From Octopus sinensis (taxonomy: Eukaryota), in contig NC_042999.1 of the NCBI RefSeq assembly GCF_006345805.1, positions 79,794,001 to 79,858,000 on the forward strand: a stretch of DNA of 64,000 bases. Reading direction: 5' to 3'. Position 1 is the first letter of the stretch. Each line of letters starts with the position of its first letter. Shown piece after piece: positions 40,715 through 54,658 of this stretch. Position numbers and translations under genes: made by a program. The notes under the pieces are model-generated. The model worked only from the letters and a program-made list of their open reading frames with translations, was not told the origin of the DNA and did not search any database.

Positions 40715-41092
40715 GAAATAATATTATTATGGAGGCAACACAGGCGAAGTCTAAAAGAACATAATTGAAATACGAACCTAAAACTCATATAAATTGAAAT
40801 AAAATTCTAAATTCTATAAGTAGACAATATTAATGCAATGTATAAAATATGATTGAATTTTAATTTCATCATACAATGTACGATTTTACATGTAATGACA
40901 AGTGATATTTTCTTAAATTTAGTCGTTTGTATTTAAATTCATGTGTTATGCATTGCATTGATATTGTCTATTTATATATATTTGTGTAGTTTGGAATTTT
41001 ATTTCCGTTTTATAGCGAATATATGTATTTCATATAAGTATTTCAATTATGTTTCAATTATTTAGACTTCGCCTCCTTAACAATATTATTTC
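40715..41092. mobile_element. Degenerate foldback/MITE
   Basis: gaaataatatt..ggaggc..gaagtctaaa..aacataattgaaatac is mirrored by gtatttcaattatgtt..tttagacttcgcctcc..aatattatttc. Inner tagacaatat/atattgtcta are also mirrored. Confidence 0.75.
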
Positions 41093-41117
41093 TAACATAG
41101 CTATTTATATATATATA

Positions 41118-41738
41118 AATTTCGAAGGTAGGGACAAGACGCGACTTCTTTAAAACAGTACTTCCCGCAAAGCAAATTAAATAATATTTGGGATTTTTTG
41201 CAGGGGGTGAAAGTGCTAACAAAAATAGGACAGTAAGAACAAAACAGTAAAAACAAATGGTGAGGGCTGTTAAGCCATAACGAGGTGAAGTGGTGAACGC
41301 TGGAAAAACGAACTTTGAGAAAAGACTGGCAAAAGCATGTCTTGTCTTTAAGTAGGCAGTGGAAGAAAGATGGATAGCCGTTGTTCACGTGTGAGCGACG
41401 AGAGAGTCAAGGAGGAAGAGTGAAAGAGAGAGGGAAAACGGTGAAGGGGAGAGGAAAAGAATTAGAGAAAGGGTGGGAGAGAAAAAATAGAAAGGAAGAA
41501 GAACAAGAGAGGGAGATAGAATAGAGATAGGTTGTAGATGCGCATCGGAATTATTTAGATAAAACTTACTTGGAAATTGATGCGTGGCATTCGATCATAT
41601 AATAATATAAATAATATATATATACACATACATGTACATGCTTGCATATATATATGTATATATACATGCATATATGGGTAAAGGATGTCAAAAAACGTGA
41701 ACAAAATGAGAAGCGAGAACATAAAAAACAAAATCAAG

Positions 41739-41740
<2 letters not shown>
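41118..41740 (-). mobile_element. Fragments of the 19865-type pLTR repeat
   Basis: tttcgaaggt..aagcaaattaaataa..aggacagtaa and catatatgggta..aatgagaa..caagga match 19865-20190. Confidence 0.6.
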
Positions 41741-41795
<55 letters not shown>

Positions 41796-43344
41796 ATATA
41801 TGCAAGAGCTTCTTTCAGTTTCCATCAACCAAATCCTCTCATAAGGCTTCAGTTGGACCGAGGCAATAGTAGAAGGCATTTGCCCAAGGGGCCACGAAGT
41901 GTGACTGAACCCAGTACCATGTGGTTGAGAATATATCTACATTTCTAACAGCATTTCTCTAAATATTTTTTAATCTTACTTCTCTTAAGTTATGCACTTC
42001 ATTTATATCTTTTCTATTTAATTATGCCTCAAGCTTCAACCTTCGCTTCCTTCAACAGCATTATCAACGAATTTCACACCAGTATTAATGCCTACTAAAA
42101 CCAGCACCAAGCACCAAACACCTCAAGTGATTCGGTTCTGCGGTTGAGCATGCTTGAAATAAAATGTCAATGACTCCTCCATGAGTATTTAACCGCTAAA
42201 TTCACTGCTTAATAAAACACACCGCGAAAATATCAAGTCGGGAGCAGGAAAGGAAAGAATGAAAGAAAAAGAAAATGAAACATAAGAAGAGAGGATAAAT
42301 ATTAAATAAATATGTAAAAAATTGGTGTAATAAAATATAGTATCAGATGCAAAATCCTCTTCATGATCATACGATATTACTCACGGGTGGCATACAGATA
42401 ATAAATAAATAAATAACAATAATAATAATGATATCTGATATAACCGACAGCAACAAGAGAACATTTTTTTGCAGTGGTGTGTGTATGGAGTGTATTCAAT
42501 CAAATCAAGTACTTAATGGGTACTCTTTTATACACCCGAAGAGGATGAAAGGAAAAGTCTACCCCAACGGGATTTGAACACAGAATATAGAGTAACTTAA
42601 CTAAACACCTATTTTGTGTGGTGTGTTGGCATTCCTTTTATTCAAATGCATAATGATAGTAATAAACATACCAAGGAGCCTCTACGTGCTCTTTTAATCT
42701 GCTAGAAATGGCAGCAAAATTACACTTGGATCACATACTATTGCCTTTTAAAAAGTAAGTACACCTCACAAGATGCTCTAAATATACCAAAAAATGGTAT
42801 GCTAACGGCTTAGATTATTTTGAATAAAAACACTGATCAACCAATAATAATACCATCAACAATAATAATAATACCAACAACGACAACAAAATTATTATGA
42901 ATTACTAAAAAGTCATGTCTGATATAGAGCCAATAGCTATGCATTGCATTACGGTGGAATAAACAAGGAAGACTCGAACATATCGAACCCATTACATGAA
43001 TAGCATTTGGTGTTATTGATTTCCTGAGGACGAAAGAGAACGACGCTGGGTACAAGATGCTGCCGAGTCTGCTGATAGCTATCTTCAAAGAACACAGCAA
43101 TAAAGTCATTAATTAGAAACAATTCTATGAAATTTAATCACAAGATCAGTAATTTTCAGTGTGAGTCGATAACATCCACTTCAAGTTTAAACCGATACTT
43201 TATTTTATCAACTCCTGGTATGATAAAAGGGAAAGTTGTCTTCGGCCACAATTTAAGGAGAAGAAATAAGTATTCGAAGGCAGTCTGCTTGATACTCTAC
43301 TGGTTCTCTTAATTCGCCACCCTAAAATGCTGTAGTTATAATAA

Positions 43345-43612
43345 CTAAAAAAAAAATAATAAATGTTCCTTCTCGAGCCATGCCAGGCTCATAAGGGCCG
43401 GTTTCCCGGTTTCAGTAGCGCAGAAATTCCCCACTTGGACGGGGTGCCAGTCCGTCGCAGGATTACTCATTTTTGCCAGCTGAGTGGACTGGAGCAACGT
43501 GAAATGAAGTGTTTTGCTCACGAACACAACGCATCGCCCGGTCCAGGAATCGAAACCACAACCTTGCGATCATTTGTTCAACACCCTAACCTCTAAGTCA
43601 CGCGCCTCCACT
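43345..43612 (-). mobile_element. SINE family C with ttataataa TSD
   Basis: Paralog of 7850-8109. Direct repeat at 43336-43344 and 43616-43624. Confidence 0.88.
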
Positions 43613-43629
43613 TAATTATAATAAATGTA

Positions 43630-45220
43630 ATAATTCTACTTTTTCCATATGGCCTAGAGTTTTGAGGGGTGGGGTAATTCGATTACATTGACTGTAGTAC
43701 GTTAAGTGGTACGTTATTTTATCGACCCCAGAAGTATGAAGGACATAGTTGATCACGGTGGGATTTGAAATCTAAAGGTAAAGAGTCTGTACAAATGTTG
43801 CTGAGTACTTTGTCCGATGCGCAAATGATTCTTCTGTTTCACCACCTTAACAAATATAACAATACCTTCAAATTTTGTCACAAGGTCAACAATTTCGAAG
43901 GAGAAAGCAAGTTGATTATATCGAGCCCAGTGTTCAACTCATACTTATTTTATCGACTCCTAAAGGATAAAAGGCAAAGCTGTCCTGAGCGGAATTCGAA
44001 CTCAGAACATAAAGACGCACGAATTGCCGCTAAGAATTTTGCGTGCTAACGATTCTGCCAGCTCGCCGCCTTCTTAGTAAATATATTTCTTTCTAATATA
44101 GACAGACCGTCTGAAATAACATTTACACCCAGTGTTTCACAGGTACTTATTTTATCGACATGTGGAGGCGCAATGGCCCAGTGGTGAGGGCAGCGGACTC
44201 GCGGTCATAGGATCGCGGTTTCGATTCCCAGACCGGGCGTTGTGAGTGTTTATTGAGCGAAAACACTTAAAGCTCCACGCAGCTCCGGCAGGGGATGGTG
44301 GTGATCCCTGCTGTACTCTTTCACCACAACTTTCTCTCACTCTTACTTCCTGTTTCTGTTGTACCTGTATTTCAAAGGGCCGGCCTTGTCACTCTCCGTG
44401 TCACGCTGAATATCCCCGAGAACTACGTTAAGAGTACACGTGTCTGTGGAGTGCTCAGCCACTTACACGCTAATTTCACGAGCAGGCTGTTCCGTTGATT
44501 CGGATCAACTGGAACCCTCGTCGTCGTAACCGACGGAGTGCTTCCATATTCCATTTTATTTGGTGAAAGGCCAAAAATCGACCTCTGTGGAAGTTTAACT
44601 CAGCATGTTGCGACAAACGAAATACCTATTTCTTTACTACTCATAAGGGGCTAAACACAGAGAAGACGGATTAAGTGAGTAACTGGTACTTATTTAATCG
44701 ACCCCGAAAGGATGAAAGGCAAATTCGACCTCGGTGGTATTTGAACTCAGAACGTAGCGTCAGACGAAATATCTATTTCTTTACTACCCACACGGGGCTA
44801 AACACAGGGAGGGCAAACAAGGACAGACAAACGGATTAAGTCGATTATATCGACCCCAGTGCCTAACTGGTACTTATTTAATCGACCCCGAAAGGATGAA
44901 AGGCAAAGTCGACCTCGGCGGAATTTGATCTCAGAACGTAGCGGCAGACGAAATACCGCTAAGCATTTCGCCCGGCGTGCTAACGATTCTGCCAACTCGC
45001 CGCCTTTGTTGCAGCTGATATTAATGATTTCAAATTTTGGTGCAAGGCCAGAAATTTCGTGGGAGATGAAAACCAATTACAACTACCCCAGTGCTGATAC
45101 TTATTTTATCGACCCGAAAGGATGAAAGACAATCTCGACCTCGGCGGAATTTGAATTCGGACGAAATACCCCAAGGCATTTTGCCCGGCGCGGTATCGAT
45201 TCCGCCAGCTTGTCGCTACT
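43630..45220 (-). mobile_element. Cluster/tandem array of SINE family A copies
   Basis: Repeated atcgaccccgaaaggatgaaaggcaaagtcgacctcggcggaatttgaactcagaacg units, all on the minus strand. Confidence 0.88.
44163..44550 (+). mobile_element. SINE family B (tRNA-like head), nested in a family A copy
   Basis: ggaggcgcaatggcccagtggtgagggcagcggactcgcgg..ggtttcgattccc. Its 3' half is shared with 51106-51290. Confidence 0.85.
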
Positions 45221-45699
45221 GCTGCTGATAATAATGACATCAATGATCACCATCACCATCACCATTATCATAAACACGATATCAAATTCATAGGCTTATT
45301 TGTATCATAAAAAAATCATCATCAACATGATGCGAACATAGACACACACACACATACGCATACACATACATATGTTCACACACATACACATACATATATT
45401 CACACACATACATAGTACGCATACCTGTAAAAGAAATATATATACACGACCTGTGAATAAAGCGTGGAATATCAACTACCGATATGGGGTTCGTATATCG
45501 AATTAAAATCTGTATTTAATATCATATACACATACAACTTACATATAAACCCGCACACAGTCACATATTCACAAAATGGCGTACGTTGTCCTAAATACGT
45601 AAATATACACACGCAGGCGCCTGCTCACTCGCACACGCACGGACGCACACACACGCTCACACACGCTCACACACACACACACTCAAACACAAACACACG

Positions 45700-45741
<42 letters not shown>

Positions 45742-46113
45742 CAACTATAATATAAACAAACTAAAACCTAAATCTTTGAAATGAATATTAGATTACCTGT
45801 TCGTGGTCTACCGGGCTGTCTCGGTCTGTCTCGAGCTCCTTTCCTTCTTTGATATATATAAGGCATAGAAGAATCATCAGAATGATGTCCCATATTTTGA
45901 TTTTTTTAAAAAAATAATTTGTTTTTGTAAACGAATCCGTTCTATGAGGTTCTCCATGATGTATTTCTCCATAGGTAGCGATAACGAAGATTAAGGTCGA
46001 ATATATTGATTTCACTCACAGCTCACATGCACACTTCTTTCAATTCACAAATACACGCATTTATATCTGTTTACAGGCACACACGCGGACACAGAGACAC
46101 ACGGATATATATG

Positions 46114-46177
<64 letters not shown>

Positions 46178-46326
46178 CAAATATATATTTACATATATGT
46201 ATGCATATGCATGCATGTATATATGTATACATGCATATATGTATATATTTAGAGAGACAGCTGCATATATATGTTTGTATTTGTTGCGTGTGTGTGTGTA
46301 TAATAATTGCATACATGTATGTGTGT

Positions 46327-46383
<57 letters not shown>

Positions 46384-46432
46384 AATAAATGAAAGAATGG
46401 AGTCGAACGAAGATGTTAACAAAATTCCTTTA

Positions 46433-46514
46433 CTCTCGACATATGTTTCGAAGACAACATGGTTTCATTCCAAAGGAATAAAGGGTGCATTATGCAATCT
46501 TCTCATCAGGAAAG
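46433..46514 (-). ncRNA. Type I hammerhead ribozyme with branched stem II
   Basis: Reverse-complement twin of 46626-46707. Confidence 0.82.
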
Positions 46515-46625
46515 AAAGGGACCCTCTCTCGACAACAAGACAAACAAAAATTTCGATGACTGCCTACATGGTAAACAAAACGATAACCGTTTTTGTTTGT
46601 CTTGTTGTCGGGAGAGGCTCCCTTT

Positions 46626-46707
46626 CTTTCCTGATGAGAAGATTGCATAATGCACCCTTTATTCCTTTGGAATGAAACCATGTTGTCTTCGAAACATATG
46701 TCGAGAG
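46626..46707 (+). ncRNA. Type I hammerhead ribozyme with branched stem II
   Basis: ctttc CTGATGA gaaga..tcttc GAAA catatg TC gagag. Intact core, palindromic stem III ACATATGT, GUC triplet. Confidence 0.85.
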
Positions 46708-46907
46708 TAAAGGAATTTTGTTAACATCTTCGTTCGACTCTATTCTTTCATTTATTCATATACAACACACAAATTTCTGCACATGAACCTGGAGTTTCTA
46801 CCCTTGGACAGGTCGCTTCAACCGTGTTTCTGACGTGAATTTGCTACCCTGGTTTCGGTTCAACGAATTTTCCATGCTGACTATAAACATAGGATAATTC
46901 ATTCACC

Positions 46908-46945
<38 letters not shown>

Positions 46946-46946
<1 letters not shown>

Positions 46947-47326
46947 TCTTTACTCTTTTACTATTTTACTTGTTTCAGTCATTTGACTGCGGCCATGCTG
47001 GAGCACCGCCTTTAGTCGAGCAAATCGATCCCGGGACTTATTCTTTGTAAGCCTAGTACTTATTCTATCGGTCTCTTTTGCCGAACCGCTAAGTGACGGG
47101 GACGTAAACACACCAGCATCGGTTGTCAAGCAATGGTAGTGGGACAAACACAAACACACACACACATACATATATACATATATACGACAGGCTTCTTTCA
47201 GTTTCCGTCTACCAAATCCACTCACAAGGCATTGGTCGGCCCGGGGCTATAGCAGAAGACACTTGCCCAAGATGCCACGCAGTGGGACTGAACCCGGAAC
47301 CTACTTACCACACAGCCACTCCTGCG

Positions 47327-47330
<4 letters not shown>
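46946..47330 (-). mobile_element. SINE family D, near full-length
   Basis: taggcgcaggagtggctgtgtggtaag..gggttcagtcccactgcgtggc..ggcggtgctccagcatggccgcagtcaaatgactgaaacaagtaaaa. Confidence 0.92.
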
Positions 47331-47370
<40 letters not shown>

Positions 47371-47372
<2 letters not shown>

Positions 47373-47525
47373 GGTCCCGGGTTGATTCGGGGTTAACCAC
47401 AGTAAATAAGGTACTCAATACATAGCAGAGTAAAATTAATTTATTATATAGAAGGAGCTTCTACAGGACTGATGATTTCTCTTGAATGAAACAGTTCTAG
47501 TCCTGTAGAAGCTCCTTCTATATAA

Positions 47526-47530
<5 letters not shown>
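47371..47530. mobile_element. Miniature inverted pLTR: 30-bp perfect hairpin around an HHR core
   Basis: Arms 47441-47470 and 47499-47528. Loop region CTGATGA t-ttc-tctt-gaa-t GAAAC agttcta GTC. Confidence 0.75.
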
Positions 47531-47566
<36 letters not shown>

Positions 47567-47689
47567 AGTTGCATATTTATGTATATGTATATTATATGTG
47601 TGCATATATACATATATAAATATCAAAATATTCATAAATGTATATATCTATAGCAGACATATGTTGTTCAAATTCTATATGATTGTAGG

Positions 47690-49045
47690 TTATCTGTTCC
47701 TCTAAAGTAAAACTTTTTCTTGCTCATTTTCATTGTACGCAAATAAAATGTTTCAAGAAGAAACAATGCACCATCATTGAGTCCTTAATGGCGTTTTTTT
47801 GCAGGATGTATAGCATCCCTGAAGTGTATAGGCTGTTTGTGGAGATCATACGGTTGGAAATCATCAACTATAATTAACACGATTCGTCAACTAGTGAATG
47901 AGTTGACTCACGAGAACAGAAGAGTCACTCTTCGTCAGCTGTTGGATAACTTCGCTGTAGTCTATATGTAGGCGGCGAGGTAGCAGAAATCATTAGCACG
48001 CCAGGCAAAATGCTTAAAATATTTCGTCCAAATTTGAGTTCAAATTCCGCTGCGGTCAATTTTCTCCTTTATCTTTTCGGAGTCGATGAAATAATTATCA
48101 GCTGAACATTGGGTTCGATATAATCGACTTGACCACTCCCTCGGAATTGTTGGCCTTGTTCCAAGATTGGAAATCAATATGAATTGTAAAATATGGTATA
48201 AGGTTCTGTCTATTGGAATGTGTGTATCGAAGTTGGGTACCTTGTCAGCTGATATCTGATTTGAAGGAGGAAAATAGTAGAATTTGCTCTCGTGTGAGGA
48301 ATGTCTTTGAAGTTAATGAGAATACGTTCTTTTCTCGACCTAGTCATATCGGATGAAATGTGATCTAAATCTTTTATAATCTTCAACGATACCTCAGTCG
48401 ATGGAATGACGTCACACTTCTTCTCCAAAGCCTAAGACGTTTTAGAACTAGTGCTCTGTACAGAAAAGAAAGTTGAGTGTTTTGGTGAATGACAAGGGTG
48501 TCATTCATTTTGATTTTCTGGAACGTGTTTGTACCGTCAGCGACAGGACACTGAAGAACTAAAAAAGCATAGATTAGACATTAGGATGAAGAAACCGAAC
48601 TAACATTTAAATGCGATTTACATTCACCACAACAATGCCTGACCAGTCATCTTTGGCAACAAATCAGGTTCTCAGCAAACTGAGCTGATTAGTGCACCCC
48701 ATCGACCGTACAGTATGAATCTGGCTTCCTACTTCCGTCTGTTTGATCCAATGAAGAACAATCTTCATACTCAATGATTTGATTACACAAACGAAGTGAA
48801 AGTTCTTGTGAAAAAGTGGGTACAACTGAGCCCATGTGAATGCTTTGAAAGAGGACTTCAGAGACAGCAGACAAGTATTCCTTGTGATGAAAACTATGTT
48901 GAGTATATTTGTATTGAGAAAGGGTTATACAATAATCAACATGTGCAATTTGAAAGGCGTATGTCAGTTTATATGTGCAGTTTTAATAACATATGTTATT
49001 TTATAAAAAAGTTATGTCTGCTTTTGAATCCCTTTTTAAGGAACT
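47690..49045 (+). pseudogene. Decayed mariner (DD34D) transposon, interrupted by a SINE and another insert
   Basis: KQCTIIE.., ENRRVTLRQL, DKGVIHFDFLE, IYIHHNNA*P (HDNARPH), PHRPYSMNLAS (PHPPYSPDLAP), EVKVLVKKWV..FERGL..NYVE. Confidence 0.8.
47968..48180 (+). mobile_element. SINE family A nested in mariner
   Basis: ggcggcgaggtagcagaaatcattagcacgcc..gagttcaaattccgc. Confidence 0.8.
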
Positions 49046-49320
49046 CATGAATATGTCCGCTAAACCATACTAGTGGTTTTTATCTTTGCGTACACGTTAT
49101 TTATGAATCGCAGCTAAGCTTTCTATTCATGTTCCAACAATATACGTATATTATCAGCTCGGATAACGGACAGCGTCAACGACTATTGAAAAGGTTGCAA
49201 GACGCAACGAAAATTTTAGAAAATTAAATAAGTAAATGAGTGGAAACTTTACCGGTGAGTGTGTTAAAATAATAAGGCACTAAAATAGATTGAATCACCC
49301 CAGACACAACAATATATACA

Positions 49321-49382
<62 letters not shown>

Positions 49383-49383
<1 letters not shown>

Positions 49384-50017
49384 TAGCAGTATCGCCCGGC
49401 GTTGCGGTTTGTTTAGACCCTTTAGAATTGGAATTTTTGAAAAGTAAAAATTTGGCAGTATGTAGCTTGTTATTCTCTTTAAGTGAAATACACCGAAAAA
49501 TGGCGACACAGCAATCAAAACATCGTAAAAAATAGGGATTTTCATAGAAAAAAGGCACCTTTTTGATGTAAATAATTTTTGGTGTTAACATTGTCCGATT
49601 TGAATATTTTCTTCTACGGAAGGAAGAGTTAGCCTTCTTCTATCATACGAAAAACCCTCCAGGCTACATCCCGAAAATTCATTTCTTTGCCGAATTTCTA
49701 CAATGTTTACTTACGGTGATTCGTTTTTATATCTTGATTTTTTATTTTTCATGCAATTTACGCATGCTTGCACGTCGAACAGCTGACTGAGTAAAGTTCA
49801 CTATTCAATGCATGGGATAAGGCCTAAACAAATACATTATCGATTTTTGCACTTGCGAGATGAATTTCGGAACAGAAATAGCGCAGTTCAATTTTCATTC
49901 GCCTAAACTTTAAGTGACCCATTTTTGGTGGTTCTACGATTGACTAGGGAAGTTAAACACACAGACACACACACAGATACACACAGAGACACACAAGTAG
50001 AGTTTTATATATATAGA
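49383..50017 (-). mobile_element. Non-autonomous Helitron
   Basis: Minus strand: A|TCTATATATATAAAA-(TG/TCTG microsatellite)...gcaacgccgggcgatactgCTAG|T. No TSD. Confidence 0.8.
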
Positions 50018-51105
50018 TATACCATCAGGGGTAGGTACAAATTATAGTATACTATAGTGTACTATAGAAATTCATACAGCGTGAAGCGTTCACCAACTGA
50101 CTGAGGTACGCCAAACTATAAATAACATACTAGGCAGAGACGACAACAACAACAGGACTTTTTGTTTATCATATTTATTATATGAAAAGTTATGAATTTC
50201 CACTAACGAAATGCAAAGTTAACTTTTGTCGACCTTAAACACCCCACTTCCAGAATCGGAAGAAATACTGCAAATGATTTCGTCCGATGCTCTACCAAAT
50301 TTGGTGTTTCAGCAACAATAATCCCATCATTGATTCCCATACAATAATTACATTATTCAATTGGCGGTGCTCCAGTATAGCCGCAGTCAATTGATTGAAA
50401 CAAGTTGCAGAATATATTCTAGATTAACAAAAAAAAGCGAAAAATAACCCCCAAAACAAGAAAACATTATTGAAGATTATGGGGGATTTAGCTTCAATTT
50501 CAGGTTGATCATGTGACGTTGTTTTACGTCGATGTTAAAAGCAGTGAATGTTTGGATTTTAGTAATGTTATCACCATAGTAATGTAGCTGGGGTAGATGA
50601 TAGGTAAATAAACCACAGTGTTTATAAGATGCTGATTGTGACGATTGTGGTAGTGATGAAGTTGCAGATGCTGATACTGGTGGTGGTGGTGGCATATGCT
50701 GGGGAGAGAATTCGCATAACTTTCGTTAACACATGTCCTTATCTTGTAGCGTTGGCGGAGGCGACGGTAGCGCAGTGGAAACATATCTCCTGGGGAATAG
50801 AAGTTATCACAAGGTGTTTAACATATGTTGAATATGCGTTTATTAGAACTGCATAGATTATATAAGGGTATAATTCACACGTCAGATGTTGGATGGTACG
50901 AATTTGATATAATTCAAATCACATACGTCATTGAAAGCACTGGCATGTTTTGATTTATAACTCTATATGTGCGCGTGTCTGTACATATATACGTACACAC
51001 AAAGGCATATATACATATATATCTGAATATATGCAAATGGATATCTATCTATATATCTGTCTGTCTGTCTGTCACTCTCTCTCTCTCTCTCCCTATATAT
51101 ATATA

Positions 51106-51430
51106 GGGGCACTCCGTCGATTACGACGACGAGGGTCCCCAGGTGATACGACCAACGGAACAGTTGGCTCGGGAAATTAACGTATAAGTGGCTGAGAACT
51201 TCATAGACACGTGTGCCCTTAACGTAGTTTGCAGGGGGATTCAGCGTGACAAAGAGTATGATAAGGCTGGCCCTTTGAAATACAGGTATTACTCATTTTT
51301 GCCAGCTGAGTGGATTGAAGCAACGTGAAATAAAGTGTCTTGCTCAAGGACACAGCCTGTCGCCGAGAATTGAACTCACGACCTTACGATCGTGAGCCGA
51401 ATGCCCTAACCACTAAGCCACGTATCTTCA
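51106..51430 (-). mobile_element. SINE with family C head/core and family B tail
   Basis: tggcttagtggttagggc..gagttcaattc..tccttgagcaagacac..cactcagctggcaaaaatgagta, then the tail shared with 44360-44545. Confidence 0.85.
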
Positions 51431-51464
51431 CTCTCTCACTCTCTCTCTATATATATGCATACAT

Positions 51465-51508
<44 letters not shown>

Positions 51509-51957
51509 ACATATATAATATATATATGTATGTATGTGTATATATATCTATATATGTGTGTGTGTGTGTAAGCATCCACACAACCACATGAGCACAGACA
51601 CGCACGGGCATATGCTTCTGTATATATATATATCAAAGGGGATTTCTTGAAATCGAGGTGATTGTGTAAGTTAGCACTCATAAAAATACTCACTGAATGT
51701 ATAGAAGGGAATAGTGCTTCAGTTGGAGGAAGTGTTCCACACGAACCGACAGACCAGCAAAGTTTTGTCAGTCACAGAATATAGAGTAACTAGTGAAAAT
51801 AAATAGGACGCATTTATTCGTATTTTGCGATTTGCTCAATCGGTCTTCATTAGATGTCCGGTTGGTCTATTGTAATATAGCTTAAAATTGTATAATCTAT
51901 CTTTATACTCATGTTTACACGTTTTTTACAATGTCAATCGCTTTATCTGTCAGATTT

Positions 51958-52971
<1,014 letters not shown>

Positions 52972-53001
52972 AAATAAGCCACAAGGATATCCAGAGGTAA
53001 T

Positions 53002-53091
53002 GCAGTATGATCGTTTCATGCGACTCCATTTAATTGGAGAATGTAATCATTTCATTACATCAATTTAAATTGTAGAGCAATCCTCAGCTGC
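53002..53091 (-). ncRNA. Type I hammerhead with long stem II (stem III mutated)
   Basis: gcag CTGAGGA t-tgc..(~60 nt)..gca-t GAAA cgatca TA ctgc. Confidence 0.65.
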
Positions 53092-53640
53092 AGAATGACA
53101 TAGAATTTAATTAAATTAGAACGCATTAGTATAATTTTACCCCAAATCTCCGAGAAGATAAGGAGATAGACATCTTTTATCAGCAGCATCACAGTTGTAA
53201 CTGAAATGTTTTCAAGAAAGACTCTGCCTGTCATTGATTTTTCTGTTATTTAGTTTTGAAATACGGTGGTGGGGTCAGTTTTAATGTATAGACTAGTTTA
53301 TCAAATCCTTTGTATATTTAAGGCTGAGAGAAGACAGAGGGTAGTATATGTTTGGAGTAGGTTCGGTGGAGTAAACAGACATTCGAAATGGTATAGTCAT
53401 AAAATCAAGATATATTTGAAGCAATGTCATGAGGTTTAGTAAAAGAATACTTCAAACAAGTTGCTGGCTGCTATTAAGGGATCGCTTATTAGTAGATCAG
53501 TGCTAATAGGACAGGGGAAGTCTTATCATGTAGTCCTATACTTAATTACTATAGTAGTTACTTATAGTAGTTAACTGTAGTACTACAGTTATACTAATTA
53601 TACTAATGTGTCCTAATTTAATTAATTTCTATGTCTTTGT

Positions 53641-53730
53641 GCAGCTGAGGATTGCTCTACATTTTGAATTGATGTAATGAAATGATTGCATTGTTCAATT
53701 AAATGGAGTCGCATGAAACATTCTCACTGC
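53641..53730 (+). ncRNA. Degenerate hammerhead twin
   Basis: gcag CTGAGGA ttgc..gcat GAAA cattctca ctgc. Stem III and the cleavage triplet have decayed. Confidence 0.45.
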
Positions 53731-53849
53731 ATTACCTCTAGATATATTTGCTACTTATTTTGATTTTAATCACCTTATTTTCAAATTGTATGGATAATAC
53801 CAAACTAAATTCTGGTGCCTCAACTTAAGTACCATATTCATCAGAATCT

Positions 53850-53919
<70 letters not shown>

Positions 53920-54486
53920 TATATATATATATATATCACTATTTACGTATCTATATATCACTATTTACATATCTATATATCTATAGATATCGAATTTTGA
54001 CATTATGCAAACACTTTTAACAATATCGTATTTAAAATTCACTAAAACGATACATTTTCGACCTTGTAATTTTTTTCCTACATGTGATGTTTTCGTTCAT
54101 GAAAGAGATATTTTACATTCCTTCTACGACTCCCTACTGATAGGTTTGCTAACGTTCTAATTACTGTGCAGTTCGTTCGATTCACGTTGTGTTGTGCAGA
54201 ATACATATATATTGTATATTAATCAGGAAAACGCAAATTAGGGTATCCACTAATATGCCAATATATGATTATTTTCTTATACGTACTCAAGATAATATTG
54301 TTATTGTTCGTGGAAGGAAACTGGGTACGTCTGGTCTGAGAAATAGGAAACCGGTCTATCAGGAGAATTCCCCTTCTCTTTGTCTTCTATCAAAAGCATA
54401 GAAGAAATGCATATACATTCTCTTTATTTCACCCGAAGCCGGGTCGCCCAGTATCTAGGTTTTTCAGTACTTACCGATTCACGTGC

Positions 54487-54555
<69 letters not shown>

Positions 54556-54561
54556 CTATAG

Positions 54562-54658
<97 letters not shown>

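Larger units (their letters stand above)
46384..46910. mobile_element. Foldback of two inverted PLE pLTRs (~167-bp arms, 39-bp spacer, one-sided tail)
   Basis: Arms 46384-46550 and 46590-46756 are almost perfectly complementary. Tail at 46757-46910. (TA)n on both sides. Confidence 0.9.

Noticed and set aside
44163-44235. tRNA gene
   Set aside because: The A/B boxes belong to a SINE head followed by a SINE body. No proper acceptor stem or poly-T terminator. The same applies to the other SINE heads.
43630-45220. CRISPR-like repeat array
   Set aside because: Units are long SINE modules without unique spacers. Eukaryotic context and no cas genes.
46397-46681. Near-identical ORFs on both strands
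   Set aside because: Artefact of the palindrome; the signal is RNA structure.
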